Assembly: GCA_043228905.1 (NCBI GenBank)
Contig: JBHGNT010000020.1
Location: 1,116,001 to 1,180,000 of the forward strand
DNA length: 64,000 bases
From: Azolla caroliniana
Lineage: Eukaryota; Plantae; Polypodiophyta
Direction: 5' to 3'
The translations under genes were made by a program, and so were the position numbers. Of this stretch, positions 1 through 18,213 are shown one piece after another; within the stretch, counting starts at the first letter, position 1, and the number at the start of each line of letters is the position of its first letter. The notes beneath the pieces are model-generated. The model was not told the DNA's origin. It saw nothing but the letters and a program-made list of their open reading frames with translations, and did not search any database.

Positions 1-912
1 TCTTGAATTGGCTTACCAATTCGTGGACGAGTTATTTCGTTTTTATGGGTTACTGATGGATATCGTCAGTGATCGAGATCCAAAATTTACAAGTGACTTC
101 TAGACGCAAGTCTTTAAGAAGTTAGAAACTACGTTGAGCATGAGCTCCACGGATCATCCTCAATCCGATGGACAAACAGAAGGAGTAAATCAAAATTATT
201 GAGGACATGCTTTGAGCATATGTTGGTGCAAAACCAACAAAATGGGAACGTTATCTCCCAATTTTGGAGTTTGCTTATAACAGCTCCAAGCATACGTCGA
301 CGGGATATAGTCCTTTTATGTTGATGTATGATTTTCAGCCACGAACCCCGATTGATGTTAATATACATCATGATGAGTTGCGAAGTACGCAAAACTTTCT
401 TCGGAATATGCAAGATATGTTGCATATTGCACGAGATAATATAAAAACAGCTCAAGATAGAGCCCGTTTTTATGTCGATCATCATAGGCAACCTCGTGTA
501 TTCAACCCTGGACAGAAGGTATTTTTACGTGTACCTCACAATTCTAAGACATTGTCTACGGGTAAGTATGCTAAGTTAGCCCCATGGTTTTGTGGACCTT
601 TTACAGTCCTCAAACGCATTGGGTCATCAGCCTATCGTCTCGCTCTTCCCGATGGTGTTGGAATTCATCCAGTCTTTCATGTGAGTCGTCTAAAAGAACT
701 TCTAGGTTCTGGCGACAATACAGTTACAACTGAAACAAACCACATGTACCAGAAAGAATTCTCGATGTTAAAACAAAAAAATTACGTACTAAAGAAATCC
801 GAGAATTTAAAATAAAATGGATGGATAAATCAATAAAAGATGCCACATGGGAACACGAAAATACTCTCAGAACTAACTTCCCTAACTTTCCATGTTTTAA
901 AGAGGGGGAGTA
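1..912 (+). mobile_element. Ty3/Gypsy (chromovirus-type) pol 3' end: integrase C-terminus, GPY/F region and chromodomain, degenerate
   Basis: Integrase motifs SDRDPKFTS, HPQSDGQTE and EFAYNSS..STGYSPF. LAPWFCGPF..AYRLALP..HPVFHVS follows. A frameshifted chromodomain reads PERILDVK...IKWMDKSIKDATWE. PPT agagggggag at 901-910. Confidence 0.9.
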
Positions 913-1370
913 TGTTACGGGCATGACCATTGAATATCCCGTGGTGAGAATTTACCGTAGTATTCTATACACGTGGATAAGTGTGAGGGTTAAACGAGAG
1001 TGTAAAGAAGGGGAGGATTACTTTTAAATCCTCGGGATTGAGACAACTCATTAAGCCAACTATGAACATGGTTGGGGGCCTTGGGTATCTCTATAAATAG
1101 AGGCCTAGCTACCCTCATTTGATTATCTTGTTGACTACATCGAGACTCTGTCTTGTGGTGGGTCAACTCTTGTAGCGAGCGCGCCAGCACCAGGTACGAC
1201 TTGACGCCACGGCGGTGGTATGGGACGCCGATCGAGGTTCGAGTTTGTCTCAATCCCTTCGCTCGAGGGTGGTCAGGTGGATCAGCACCCTTCTTTCTCT
1301 CTCTCCTTTCTTTCTATCTACCTAGATCTATCCTTATCTAATGCTTACTTTAGTACATATCTCTAATAGC
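913..1370 (+). repeat. 3' LTR (partial) of the Gypsy element
   Basis: Starts TGTTACG just after the PPT and has a TATA box (ctataaata, about 1091). The right end is unclear because Copia sequence follows. Confidence 0.6.
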
Positions 1371-1374
1371 ATCG

Positions 1375-2568
1375 TTTGACATGAGGGATGTCGGTGACCT
1401 TCATTCCTTCCTCAGGATCGAAGTGATCCGCACCCCCGAAGGCATACTGATTAGCCAGCGACATTATATGTAAGTATGCTCTTCAAGTTCAGAATGATGG
1501 ATTGTAAATTTGCTGCTACTCCTCTAGATAGGAATGTGGCGTTGCGACATTATATATAAATATGCTCCATTTGGCTCAAGATGCTCCTAAAGGATCTGTG
1601 GATGAAGGTGTCCAACCCGACGATGATCTATTGTGACAACCTCAACAATATCTAGTTGGCGAAAAATCACATTTTCGATGCCCAAACCAAGTACATTGAG
1701 GTGCATTACCATTTTGTCCGTGATTGTGTCCTCTCCGGTGAAGTCGAATTGGTGTATGTTGCGATGGATCGGCAGGCGGCCAATGTATTCACCAAACCCT
1801 TAGGTCTTGACAAGTTGCGGCAATTCTCAGGCATGCTTGGACTGCAGCACCGTGATGTGCCAAACTTGAGGGGGAGGACTGAAACATGAGAGATGGTCAA
1901 AACCTGTGGCAAGCTGAAAAAGAAGATGTCTGGAAAGCGGAATTGGATACCGAACTTGATTTCGGTCCAACTAAAGAAGTCAAAGTGTTCGGGTCGGCTG
2001 AAGAAGCTGAGGATGGATGGACACATTCAATCAAAAGTAGGGGGAGTGACCAAAGGGGAGAGCCCAAGCCCAAGCCAACTGAAAAAGGGGAAGGTAATGC
2101 CAAGGAGGCTAAGAAGACCAAGACACAAACATGATCCGATGTCGTGAAGGGTCTGAAGATCGGAGACGACTTGGACACATCCAACTCGGACAAAGAAGAG
2201 AATGAATCAGAGATAGCTTATTCGACCGAAAATCAAAGTGAATCGGAAGCACCCGATTCAATCAAAGTTTTCGATTCGAAGGAGCCGAATCAATTCGCCA
2301 AGAGGTCGAGAGTGCAGCAAAAGCGTCACGGAGAGTCACCGGGTCAAGAAGCGCCACAATCGCGGCAGCGGCGACACTGACTTAAGCCAAAGGTGTAGAC
2401 TAACCGACTGAGAAGACCGAGGTGCATGAAACCGGACGAGTCGTGGGAAGAGGAACCAGACCGGATGAGGAGCGTGAGCCAGGCAGGAAGACGCCCGGAG
2501 GAGCCGGAGAAGGGGACCGGCGGACACAGACACAACAATCTAACCTCAAGTTGAGCTTGAGGGGGGAG
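1375..2568 (+). mobile_element. Ty1/Copia RT-RNase H fragment plus charged 3' extension (family A)
   Basis: YCDN...AKNHIFDAQTKYIEVHYHFVRD...QAANVFTKPL is Copia RNase H. PPT ttgaggggggag at about 2557-2568. Confidence 0.85.
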
Positions 2569-2880
2569 TGTTTAGCAGACAAGCTCAACCGGATCCGGAT
2601 TGGCTGAATAAGCCAGAGCCAGATGGGTATCTAGAAACCAAGGAACTGGATCATCCTCTGGAATAGTGTGAACCAATAGGTCGTTAGAGGCCTACGGTTT
2701 GAGCCTAGTACGTAGGCATATTCTTTAGAGTTAGTGTAGAGGCTCATTTATGAGCATCCGAGTACTTATGGTACTTCTGTCAGTCCGTGTAAGGACTTGT
2801 ATAAAAGTGCTCTTTGAGCACACTCGATGAATACATAATATTATTTTGAAATCAACTTTTGGTATTCTGCTCTCTCTCTC

Positions 2881-2936
<56 letters not shown>

Positions 2937-3036
2937 GTGTGTGTTTAAGGTCTTCATTAGACCTTCATCTCTGTTTCTATGGTCTATTCTATCCAGATGA
3001 GCCGGTTGTCTTAGATTCCGCACACTATCTTTTACA
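2569..3036 (+). repeat. 3' LTR of Copia family A, containing an internal (CT)n tract
   Basis: TG...CA ends (tgtttagcag ... atcttttaca) directly after the PPT. (CT)n at about 2869-2936. Homologous to the split minus-strand LTR at 24281-30535. Confidence 0.8.
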
Positions 3037-3390
3037 CCATTTTTATAAAAGAGGGGTATCCGGCTTAATGCTCATCTTGATGACAATCGATCAACGCTCC
3101 TAGGATTCTCTAGCCTTATTTGATGGATGTGGATATCTATTAATCTTATACCATGTAGAATTTGACAACCATACAAATAGAGAATGATTGCTAGAGAGAG
3201 ATCACACATACACAAAATTGTTCTATATTCATTGTAATGTGTTACATTAGCCAAATGGCTTGTTTGTAGAGACAACTCAAAAAGCTATACCTCTTCAATG
3301 AAGAGTTGTCTCTTTACATAATTCTAACAATAAATAACTCTTCATACATTTCTGATTTTAATAAATATAATATTTAGGTTAAATATTTCC

Positions 3391-3745
3391 ATACTACTCA
3401 CATGCAAGCGAACTAGATGGCATTGCCATCAGCACCCATGAAAGCATCGATGATTGTGCCACCATGGCCATGGCCACAGCCAACATTGGCACAACGAGTG
3501 GCCTGATTCCTGGCAATGTCTTCGAGCGTGACAGAGAAGAGGCCTTGCCCATCCAACATGATGCCTTCGTCAAACCAAAAACACAATGTATACCTCCTAA
3601 GCCAATAGCGGAGGAGATCCCGACTGATCCCCTCCACCATGCCTGGGAGAACCATATTTAACTTCCCGTCCTTCTCATCCGCATACATTGTCAATTGTGC
3701 ATTCAAACAAGAGGCAGAGTCTTTAATCATCCATCAACATTAATT
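3391..3745 (-). pseudogene. Duplicated, decayed TGS1 methyltransferase exon with flanking intron sequence
   Basis: Paralogous to exon 6630-6918 (YWLRRYTL..FSVTLEDIA..IDAFMGADGNAI*). Has a CAG>TAG stop and the acceptor AG is changed to AA. The donor GTGAGT is kept. No copies of neighbouring exons are seen. Confidence 0.85.
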
Positions 3746-3872
3746 CATTTGGCTCAATACCCTCAGCTCCCCCTTTGTCATTTCTATAGTGTCAGCAGCT
3801 CTTCTAGAAGTGCCCCGGTTTCCCACAATAGGGAAACGTGAGCCTTCCTTTGGACTTCGACCCAAATCTGGA

Positions 3873-4012
3873 TTTGTCCCTGTTTTGAGAACCTCTCTAC
3901 CTACCCCTTCATCTACTAAAGTCCCTTTCTGTAAATAGGGCCTTTGTCCCTGTTTTGAGGACCTCTCTACCTGCCCCTTCATCTACTAAAGTCCCTTTCT
4001 GTAACTAGGGCT
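3873..4012. repeat. About 70-bp tandem duplication
   Basis: ttgtccctgttttgagaacctctctacct...gtccctttctgtaa occurs twice. Confidence 0.8.
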
Positions 4013-4014
4013 TT

Positions 4015-4320
4015 TGGTCAGAGTTGAACTATTTGTCCTTTCGTCAAGCTTCTTCATTCAGCAAGCTCGACTTCAGCATGTCTAGGGTCAGTTGTTTCCC
4101 TTGTGGCGTTGAGTTACCTAAAGTCACTAGAAGTGTCTCCCAGTTGTCTGGTAGAGAGCTAACAATAGCAAGGCTAATACCTCATCAACTAGAGGTATTT
4201 CTAGGGAGATGGTTTGGTTTATTATCCCTTGAACGGCATTCCTGTATTCAGCCTTGCTAGAGCCACCTTGATATCTCAACCTCACTATCTTCCTAAAGAT
4301 GGAGAATCTACCTTGGTAAG
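4015..4320 (-). mobile_element. Copia gag fragment, same family as 40076-41070
   Basis: FRKIVRLRY and KSSLLNEEA motifs match the gag at about 40560-40770. Confidence 0.7.
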
Positions 4321-5359
4321 ATTTTCGTCTCAGTAGACGGATATGCACAAAGACAAGGGAAACGAAGAAACGTCTTACACTTGATGTGTGCAGAGCCGTC
4401 AACCTGTTGGGGGGTGTCGGATTTGAGGGTCAGCCACTACACTAGCTCGACCTACACAACACACAGCTTGCACTCCTTTCTCCTTTTTCCTCTCTCGCTT
4501 CTCTTCTCTTACAATTCACTGCACACTGACCATCACACACTGTAAGAAATATTGGGACAATGTGTAAGAAAAGTTGGAACAAAGAGGAGGGAAATTTGAT
4601 AAAAGTGTATAATAAGACTCTATGAGAGTAACAACTGTCAACATAGCAACTGAATGGAAAATACTAACATTTGATACATACATACATATATATATATATT
4701 GGAGAAGTAATTGTTATTTTGTCTTTTCCAAATACTTTTCTTGTAAGTCTTATTTTGTCATTGGATCTTCATATATAAGTTTGTTGTCTTTAGTTTGTTG
4801 TAGTGTTAGCAGGTAATCTTGAACCATTTCATGGATACTCTGTTAGGTGTTTCATGTCATTTGGAATATAGAGATTAAAGATGGTGCCAGACATAAAGAA
4901 CATGATGACTGTCCAATCCATTAGAGGCAATTAATTAGATAATAATAACAAATAATAAAATGTGGTTTGTAGTAAAGGCAAAGTAATATCTATCCATTAT
5001 CATTCATGTATCAAGTGTATTGGGTATTACAAAGTAATTGTATATATATGTTGTACTGTCTGTGTCTGGTTTTGGTGGGCAATTCTTCCACTACACTATA
5101 ACCGTTTTGATTCTTCTCCCCCCCCCACCCATTTCAATCCCATGGACACAAAAAAAAAAACAAAATACACACAAATACAATAGATTTTGTATAGATTTCT
5201 CATCTTCTTCCCTTCCAAAATTTGCAGTCTCTCTTTTGGATTAAGTAATGGGGATGTAAGATTATTATGATATTGGGGATTTTTTCATATGTTTGAAGAG
5301 ACGGAAAGGCTACTAGAAACGGATACAGAGAGTTGGATATAAAGTATAAGCAACAGCAG

Positions 5360-9651
<4,292 letters not shown>

Positions 9652-10133
9652 ATTTTCAGCCGCCAATCAAACAAACACAAGATTTTTGAGCAGAAACGCC
9701 TCAAATCTTTAATAATCGACCAGGAGGAGCAAATGAGCTTAATAACTAAGGTTTCACTACAATATTTTCAAGCAAGAGATCGGATGGAGAAGAAGATAAA
9801 AAGGAAGAGCAGAGAACGGATTAATTTAAACCAGACTTCTGATAACAGACAGATTTGGCATGTATTGAAAAGAAAGAGGGAAGAATTAAATGGCATGCAA
9901 GGAAATAATTGTGCATGCAGATCTCTGCTTCACGATAAATATGCACACACATCATATATAAAATCCATGGAGCGGACAGAAACAGGAGAACAAATGTGTA
10001 TGTATATAAACACTTACATGGACGCAATTCCTACTGAAATTGGTTCTGATCCGGCAACACAGAATTGGCTTGAAAATAGAATACTAATTAATTCGCTCAG
10101 TAAGGAATTGGCAGAAGTATAATGGAGCTCATG

Positions 10134-10268
10134 ACCAGGAATCAAAATGCTTTATTAATTCAGTCCCTAATGGTCATAACCAGGAATCAAAATGCTTATT
10201 AATTCAGTCCCTAATGGTCATAACCAGGAATCAAAAATGCTTATTAATTCAGTTCCTAAGGGTCATAA
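10134..10268. repeat. About 45-bp tandem repeat, 3 copies, upstream of the TGS1 ATG
   Basis: Unit accaggaatcaaaatgcttattaattcagtccctaatggtcata. Confidence 0.9.
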
Positions 10269-10699
10269 TGTTTAGTAAAGAAGAAGGAATTGAAAAGGAT
10301 TGAATGTAAAGCTCAAATGAAAAGGTTGATTGATTCACTATGAAAAAAAACCATAGACAGAGAGACAAGAGGAAGGAAGATTAAATAAATCCTTACATGT
10401 TTTGATGGAACTTGCAGGCTAAAATTAAGTAACTGATCGGGTATGTTGGATATGATTTTAGGTCAGTTGCATGCAAACAGTGAGAGACAGAGAAGATGAT
10501 CACAGAAGCTGAGAGCTTCTTCTTCTTCTTTTTATATCATATATAAAAAAGATGATTGAAAGAGAATATTGATAGCTGAGAAACCCAGTAAAATCAAGAT
10601 CAAAAAGAGAGCAGAATTATTTAAAAGGATAGCTGAAAGAGAGGGAGATATATATACAAAAATTGCTGAAGGATTTAGTTATTTAGGGTTTGTGGCCAT

Positions 10700-10730
<31 letters not shown>

Positions 10731-11388
10731 CATGTAATTATTTAATTTATTCTGCTTGAAGTGGGTACTAATTAATTAATTAGGGATTTTCAATGGATTG
10801 GTATGGGATCAATTAAAAACCTAATTCTGAAATTTAAGTGGAGAGAAAGCGCGCATCATAACTATTAAGTAATGAATTAATTTTCCATCTTCGAAAGAAG
10901 TAATTAATTTAATTAACTCATAACTGCAGCATCCCCCCCCCCCTAAAAAAAAACATAAAAATTAAAACACAGACACGATAAAAACAAAAATCAAAGTGGC
11001 ATTCTGAGAATTTCATTTCATTTAATCGTGGAAAACATGAAGGAAGTATTATTTTTAAATGGAATTAAATATATATAAAATATATACACATATATGTACT
11101 CCATCTCCATGGGGATCTGTACTCTGTTTTCTCTGCATTTTTTTGTAATTAACGAAACGATATTTATTTCTAATAATAAAAAAACGAATCATTCAAATCG
11201 AGAGAATTTTTGCAATGATTCGATCGTCGTGGTTCTCGTTGCTTTTCTTTTTTCTTTTTTTCTGAGAAAGAGGAAGCGAGAAATTAAAAACAAATTGTTT
11301 TATTTAATAAATAAATAACAGTTCACAAAACGAAGACAGCGCACGCACGCAGAGCCAGACAGAGACAGAGACAGAGACAGACAGACAC

Positions 11389-11419
<31 letters not shown>

Positions 11420-11608
11420 GAGAGTCTCTGAGAGAGACAGAGAAAACAGAGACTCTGAGACAGACAGACAGAGAGAGAGAGAGAGAGGGAAGGGTAAAAA
11501 GAGAAATTAGAATAACTGAGTTTTTCAAAATTACAAACTATGCCCCTCCACATAAGAAAGAAGGAGGTTTTTGTTTTTCACACTCTCTTCATTCATTGCT
11601 CCTACTAC

Positions 11609-12380
11609 TAGCAATGGGCACGGTTTCGGCTCGAACCGAACCGAACCGAACCGTTAATTCATGGCTTAACAGTTTATTGGTTCAAAGATAAATAAACCGT
11701 TTGGTTTGATTTTAAATATTATGATCCGGTTTGGTTTCGGTTCAGTTTGGTTTTGAATTTCATGGTTTAGCGGCTTATTAGTTTATCGGTTTTAGTTCGG
11801 TTTGGTTTTGAATTTCAAGGTTTAGCGGTTTCGGCTTATGTGGTTTGGTTTTAAGGTTTAAGGTTTTAAGGTTTAAAGGTTTATAGGTTTATAGGTTTAG
11901 GGTTTAAAAGTTTTGAAGGTTTAAAGGTTTAAAGGTTTATAGGTTTTTTGGTTTGGTTTGGTTTTGATTTATGATAAACCGATTTGGTTTGGTTCTAAAT
12001 TATTCATAAACGGTTTAGTTTAAATGGTTTGGTTTAAATGGCTTCATGGTTTAAAGGTTTATAGGTTTATTAGTTTGGTTTGGTTTTGATTTATGATAAA
12101 CCGATTTGGTTTGGTTCTAAATTATTCATAAACGGTTTAGTTTAAATGGTTTGGATTAAATGGCTTCATGGTTTAAAGGTTTATAGGTTTATTAGTTTGG
12201 TTTGGTTTTGATTTATGATAAACCGATTTGGTTTGGTTCTAAATTATTCATAAACGGTTTAGTTTAAATGGTTCGGTTTAAATGGCTTCATAAAATTAAA
12301 ACAGTTTGGTTTGGTTTTTAATATAAATAAATGGTTTGGTTTGGTTTCAAGGCCAAGAAACCGAACCGCGCCCATTGCTA
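11609..12380. mobile_element. hAT-type MITE (non-autonomous), copy 1
   Basis: TIRs TAGCAATGGGC...GCCCATTGCTA. Perfect 8-bp TSD cctactac at 11601-11608 and 12381-12388. Subterminal AACCG/CGGTT arrays and an internal repeat of about 120 bp in 3 copies. Confidence 0.92.
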
Positions 12381-15300
12381 CCTACTACATTAACATAACA
12401 TACTCTCTACTCCTACAACAACAATTACTACTATAACTAAACCCTAAACCCATGCATTACCTCGTGAGCCTTACATGCCCGCCAACCAACCAGCCCATTG
12501 AACCATTGCAAATGAGTTCAGTAAGCATCGGTCGGAGATTACTTACTTAAAAGAGTATTGTTTCTCGTCCATCCGTCTCCCGTCCCGTCTCAGCGTCGAT
12601 GATTGCGTTTTAGATAATGCAAGGATTTCTGGAGAACCCGCTCGATTTGTTGTTGAAATAGAGGTGGAATTCGATCAGAAGCTTGGTTGGCTGTATTCGA
12701 GCCAATTTCCTTCCGCAAGGCTCCACAATGTGAGGCACACTGATAAAAAGGAAAGAAAACGAACGAACGAATGATTTTCCCATAGTTTTCATATGTCGTG
12801 AGCTTAGGATTAGTTCATTTTCGTAGTTTTTGTATGCCGGAAGTAGGATTAATTAGTTTCCGTCACTTCTAGACGGACAATGATCACGAAAAATCAATGT
12901 GAAAATGTACCTTTTACCAAACCTCTATAGATTAAGTTTAATGTTTGGTGCCCTTCCGTTGTATTGTTTGTTTATGAGTAAAGGCTTCATTTAACAAACA
13001 TAACTCTTGCACATTTACTTAGGTGCTAGCTAAAGGTGAGATTCATATTTTCTTTTTGCTATGTATTGTCTAGAAAACTTGGTTCCATAACATAAAATAC
13101 TAATTCCCAATGATAGCACCAAAATCAAGGAGAATATGGATCCTTCATTCGATGAATAGTTTTATCGACACTCACGAGACCTCAATTCTCAATCTCGAAA
13201 GTATAAATCCACAGCCATAGGTTGGAGGTCACATGTCTCTTATCATTGCAAGTCTTCACAAATATGACAAACAAAGGCATAACATAGCACGCCTATCTTT
13301 TCTTCTGTAACATACCAAGCATTTATTTACATGGTATTTGATGAACCATTTCTTTCCCCCATCAAACTATTTCTCGAGCATCGGAAGACCAAATGCATCA
13401 TATTGCCTGTCAACTTTTAGACTACAGGGTGCACTTCGCTCATGAGTGAAAAGTTGTCAATGCATCAGATATTTGTGTGGATCAAACATGGGTACAATTA
13501 ATTAAGAAACAAGCATCCACTTAAGCTTTAAGGGAAATCATGTATTGATCTTTCTTTTGCTATCGATTGACTTGGCAAAGCTGTAAGATTGATCGTGATG
13601 GCCAAATTCCTACGTACCTGCACAACCACACAATTCCAAAACGTGAGATCGTTAAACATTCTCAACACGTATAAAGCATGCACGATTCATTTTTGTTTTT
13701 CTCATCGATGATAATTGCAAGTATTCATCATCATTTTTGTATGATTCTCAATATATAAGAATCCCCAACCGAATTCTATCTTCCTCATCAAACAACTTGC
13801 TCTTTTCATTTATTTTATAGAATCAAGTTTTTGTGTAGCAACCATGTTGGCATTACATGATCCACCTAACAATTCCAAGGATGTTGGCATCAACTGATGG
13901 GAGTGAAGGATCTATTGTCCCACTAAAGTAGAATTTAACAAATGGCTAGCTAAAAAATGCTTACATTCCCCACAATTTATCATTTGCACTAGATGTTAAA
14001 AGACCTAGATTCCTTTAGCTTTGCATTTGTCGATTTGGGAGGAGTCTTGAGATCTTAGGACTTGCTTGTACAAGGCCATATTACACGTGTGTGCATGTTG
14101 CACATCAAAGGCCCTTACCACGCAAAAAATATTTGAAGCATTGATGAAAACGACGGAATCGTGTCATTTCAATCTTCTTTTAGTCAATGCTCACATAATT
14201 TGGAACCTTTTGGTTGAGATGTTGTAATGATCCTTGAATCTTATTTCGGTCACGAATTCATTATGGTATCTACTATCAATACAAGAACCCATTGCATTAA
14301 AACGTCTCGTCAAACACTTATCTAGAATCTAGTGATTATAGCCGCATAGTTCAAAGAATAGAATGACACTGTACAAGATTTCTGGGACAAAGTGTTCCAT
14401 GTGAAATTGGAATGATGAATGTTTAAGGTTTATCTTTAAAATAACTATTTCATCCATAAGAATTTGTAGGTGACACCCACCATAAGCCGTTTTTCTACTC
14501 CTTTCATATGCTCTTTACAATCTTTGTAGTTTCGTTAACTCCTAAAGGAAAGGTGGACTTCCATGGGAATCTTTTTTGTTTTATTTCACACTATATTTGG
14601 GCAAAGTACATTATAGGTTAAAAAAAAGGCTTGTTAGCGGTCGTCGCTCTGTTTATTTCATATAGGCTCAACCAAGTTTTCTCTTATAGAAGGTGATGAT
14701 GCTAGTGGCCTTGGTGCAACCAACTAAGGCTGTATCCAGTAGACGGTTGACATGCCACACACAAACACTTATAATGGGATTCAGGTTGGTTCTTAACCGA
14801 TGACTTATTGAGTTGAACCTTCATAATTTTTTTCATTATTATACTTCCATCTATTTCGAATCAATATTGGAATATATAACATTCAGTGTCCAAATATGGC
14901 TTTACAACTTCCTCATTCATATTTCCACAACATAAAGCGTTGTTCTTCATTCATACCTACTAGTTGTTTGCTTCGACAAAAATGGGCATACAACTTTGAG
15001 ATTCATGAATACCAAGCATACATAGAGTCATTCGACCGAGGTCATTCAAACTAGGTTTGCTCTTGGATTTACTACGTTGATAAATGTGACATTCCACAAT
15101 TCAAAAACTGAAACTTATAGCATTGCCTTATATGTAAATGGCGATGCTATGTCACACATATATAAATTGTAAGTATATGTCAACACGTTGATACTAATAA
15201 ATTAGCGATGCATTTTAAAGCTTATGACTACAAGTTAGAAGGGCACAACAACCTATTTTTGTAGGTTTCTAATGGTTAAAATTCCATGGTATGATTGCAA

Positions 15301-16550
15301 CAAGCCTAAATTTGGGTTTTATGTGGGTGCATAGTGGTAAAAAACATCGCACTACGTTGGACTATATTACATCTATAGGTGTAAGAGATCCATGTGTTGG
15401 GTCCAAAGGGAGGAATAACTTATTTTCACATGATCTACCTATTCCATTTTAGAGATATGGCGCATTGAATTTGGGAGACCTCATCCCTTGTTGATAGAAG
15501 ACAAACCCATATAAAGTTGCATTTTCTATAAGAACAACACAAGGGTTAAATTAATACCTATGAAATTATAGACACCATAATCTTGCTGGTGTTTGAATGA
15601 CCAAAATTCCTAAACATGGCACATTGGGAAAAGGAACAACAAACAAAGTAATGTTGCTCGATCGGCATTGAGGATTCACAATCCATACATCTGTATCCCG
15701 GTGTTTATTCTTGATTCTTTAACTTTAAAAAGGAGTGTTGTCTTGCTTACTTGAAGATTCCACTTTCCAACATAGGTTTATGAAGGTTGGTCATAAAGCT
15801 TTAAATAATAAGTGGATGAGGGATGTGTGCCTGTTCCTACGATATGCATAGATAAAAGTTGCTTTTGGGCATAAGCACACTCTTTGATGAGAGATGATGG
15901 GATTCATCTTAGTGAAGGGTTTGTGAGGGGTGTTGGATTGGTTTAGCATGCATGGTTAACAATGATTGCGCATTTTCATTGAAACGTTGTCCAATATCTC
16001 AATGTTGGCCAAGCAACCTATAGGGAGAATTATTGTGTATTTGCCTGATGTATTAGCCAAAGCAACATTGAGTGACTGCATTTATACTAGTAACTTGTGT
16101 GGTTAAGGGATATACGTGTGCCCTAATATTGAAAGATGGTAACAAGGCGAAATCGAATACATACCGAACAACATTAGCATTAGCATTAGCATTAGCAAGG
16201 TCACCAATTAGCACCACACCATTAGCATGTGCACGATCTCTAATCTGGACTTGGAAGACCACAGAAAAAAGAGGACAACGATGTGAAATTCCCTTGAAAA
16301 TGCAAATTGCAAAGGGAATATGGTGTGCACTGTGAACCCATCTTCCCCCCATTCATCCCTAATAATTGCCCCCTTTACTTTATTATCCATTGATCTATCA
16401 TTTTCCAAAATTGCACAGCAAGAGCCACTTGAATTTTAAAGCATCCAATTCTTTAAATTCTTTTGAAGTATGTATACATATATGTATGCATATACATATA
16501 CATACATATATATGTATGTATATATATATATATATATACATAAACTGTTA

Positions 16551-16583
<33 letters not shown>

Positions 16584-17839
16584 GTAGGTATATATACCAC
16601 TTTAATATCTATAGACTATACATATATATGGCATTAGGCATTTGTTTGCAAAAACAAATGAGGAAAGTCATTTTCAAAGATTTCGTCGATCACCACTTTG
16701 CATTCATTATGCTCGAAGGAACATTCTATCTCATCCCCTCATCACATTCCATTCATTAATAAAAAGGAACACACCAAAATGCAATAAACAATACCCAACA
16801 AACCAATCAACCAACCGACCAACCAACAAACAGACAAACGTTAGCTTTTCTTAAGTTCCAAGGATTGCGGAGGAACATGGCGTGACGCTATAGGTCTTCC
16901 ACAAAAGCCCAAGTGATGGAAAGCTAGCATTTCGGAATTCTATCGCATGTTTGAAAGTGGTCAAAGTTTTTACGAGTTCCCATCTTGTCCATAGATCCCA
17001 ACCCCAACCCTCACCCTCCATATTGGAGAGATCGTAGAGATATATACATATGGTACATACATGACTAGCATGTACTACATGTGTCAATAACTGGGAAAAC
17101 AATCGACTCGGAACACTACAAATAGTTACTCGACCATGTGCCAATAACTGGGAAAACACTTGGGACTCTGCAAGATGTTTGGTGTGAGGTAGGACGTGAG
17201 TAAAAAGCCGTTTGTCTAGGAAACCCCTAGTAGAGCTTTTCTAGGAATCGGGTCGGGTTCCCACTAGGGATCTACAGAGTTCATTAGGATTTGTATGAGA
17301 ACTTGGTGGTTGGTCGAGATCCCGGGGGACGCCGTCCCATCTCGGCCCTCCTCTGGCCACCATCCCATTTTGCTCGATTCGGAAAAAATAATTCCATAGA
17401 GACAATGGGATGCAAATTATAAATAAATAAATACATAAATATAATAAATAAATACCAAATAAATATATAAAATAAATACCATATAAATATATAAATAAAA
17501 TAAATAATTTAATAAATAAATAGAAGCCCCCGCACTCAAAGGATAAATCATAAGATGATATATTCGCACGCGCGACACGTCACCATCGAACTCATCTTCC
17601 AAAAAAGAAAAACAAATTAATTATGAGCTCCCACACAAAAAAGACAAAAACCCGCCCCCAAAAAAACAAAAAGAAAGGAAAAGGGAATTCGTTTTATTTT
17701 TATTTTTATTAAAAACAAAAAGGAAATAACTCCTTTTTATTTTTTTTCCAAAGCTTTTTCAGCAAAAATAATATAAATAAAAAAGGAAGCAAGACGGTTA
17801 ATGGGTGGGTGGGTGCCGGCTGACCTGGACAGCAGTAGC

Positions 17840-18000
17840 GCCGCCACGTCAGCACGCATCCGTGGCCGTCCACGTCAGCGCTTCCTGTTTCCCGTTCCCA
17901 TCGCCCAGCGCCACGTCAGTGTGCCGGGCCGCCTGTGACGTGGCGGCCGTCTGGGTGCCACGTGTCGGACAGGTGGCGGACGGCGTGCCACGTCAGCGAG
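17840..18000. promoter_or_regulatory. GC-rich cluster of ACGT-core (G-box/ABRE/C-box-like) motifs
   Basis: CCACGTCAG four times, plus TGACGTGGC and GCCACGTGTC, within about 160 bp of otherwise AT-rich DNA. Function is not shown. Confidence 0.4.
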
Positions 18001-18104
18001 TCTTGTGGACGGAATTAGATTGCAGTCCCTTCCTTTCTTTATTACATAGAGAGCTGAGGCCAACCATATAAATATGCATGTCACACATAACACGTAACAC
18101 ATAA

Positions 18105-18213
<109 letters not shown>

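Noticed and set aside
11860-11945. Telomere-like TTTAGGG/ggttta repeats
   Set aside because: Degenerate and internal to the MITE; not an interstitial telomere array.
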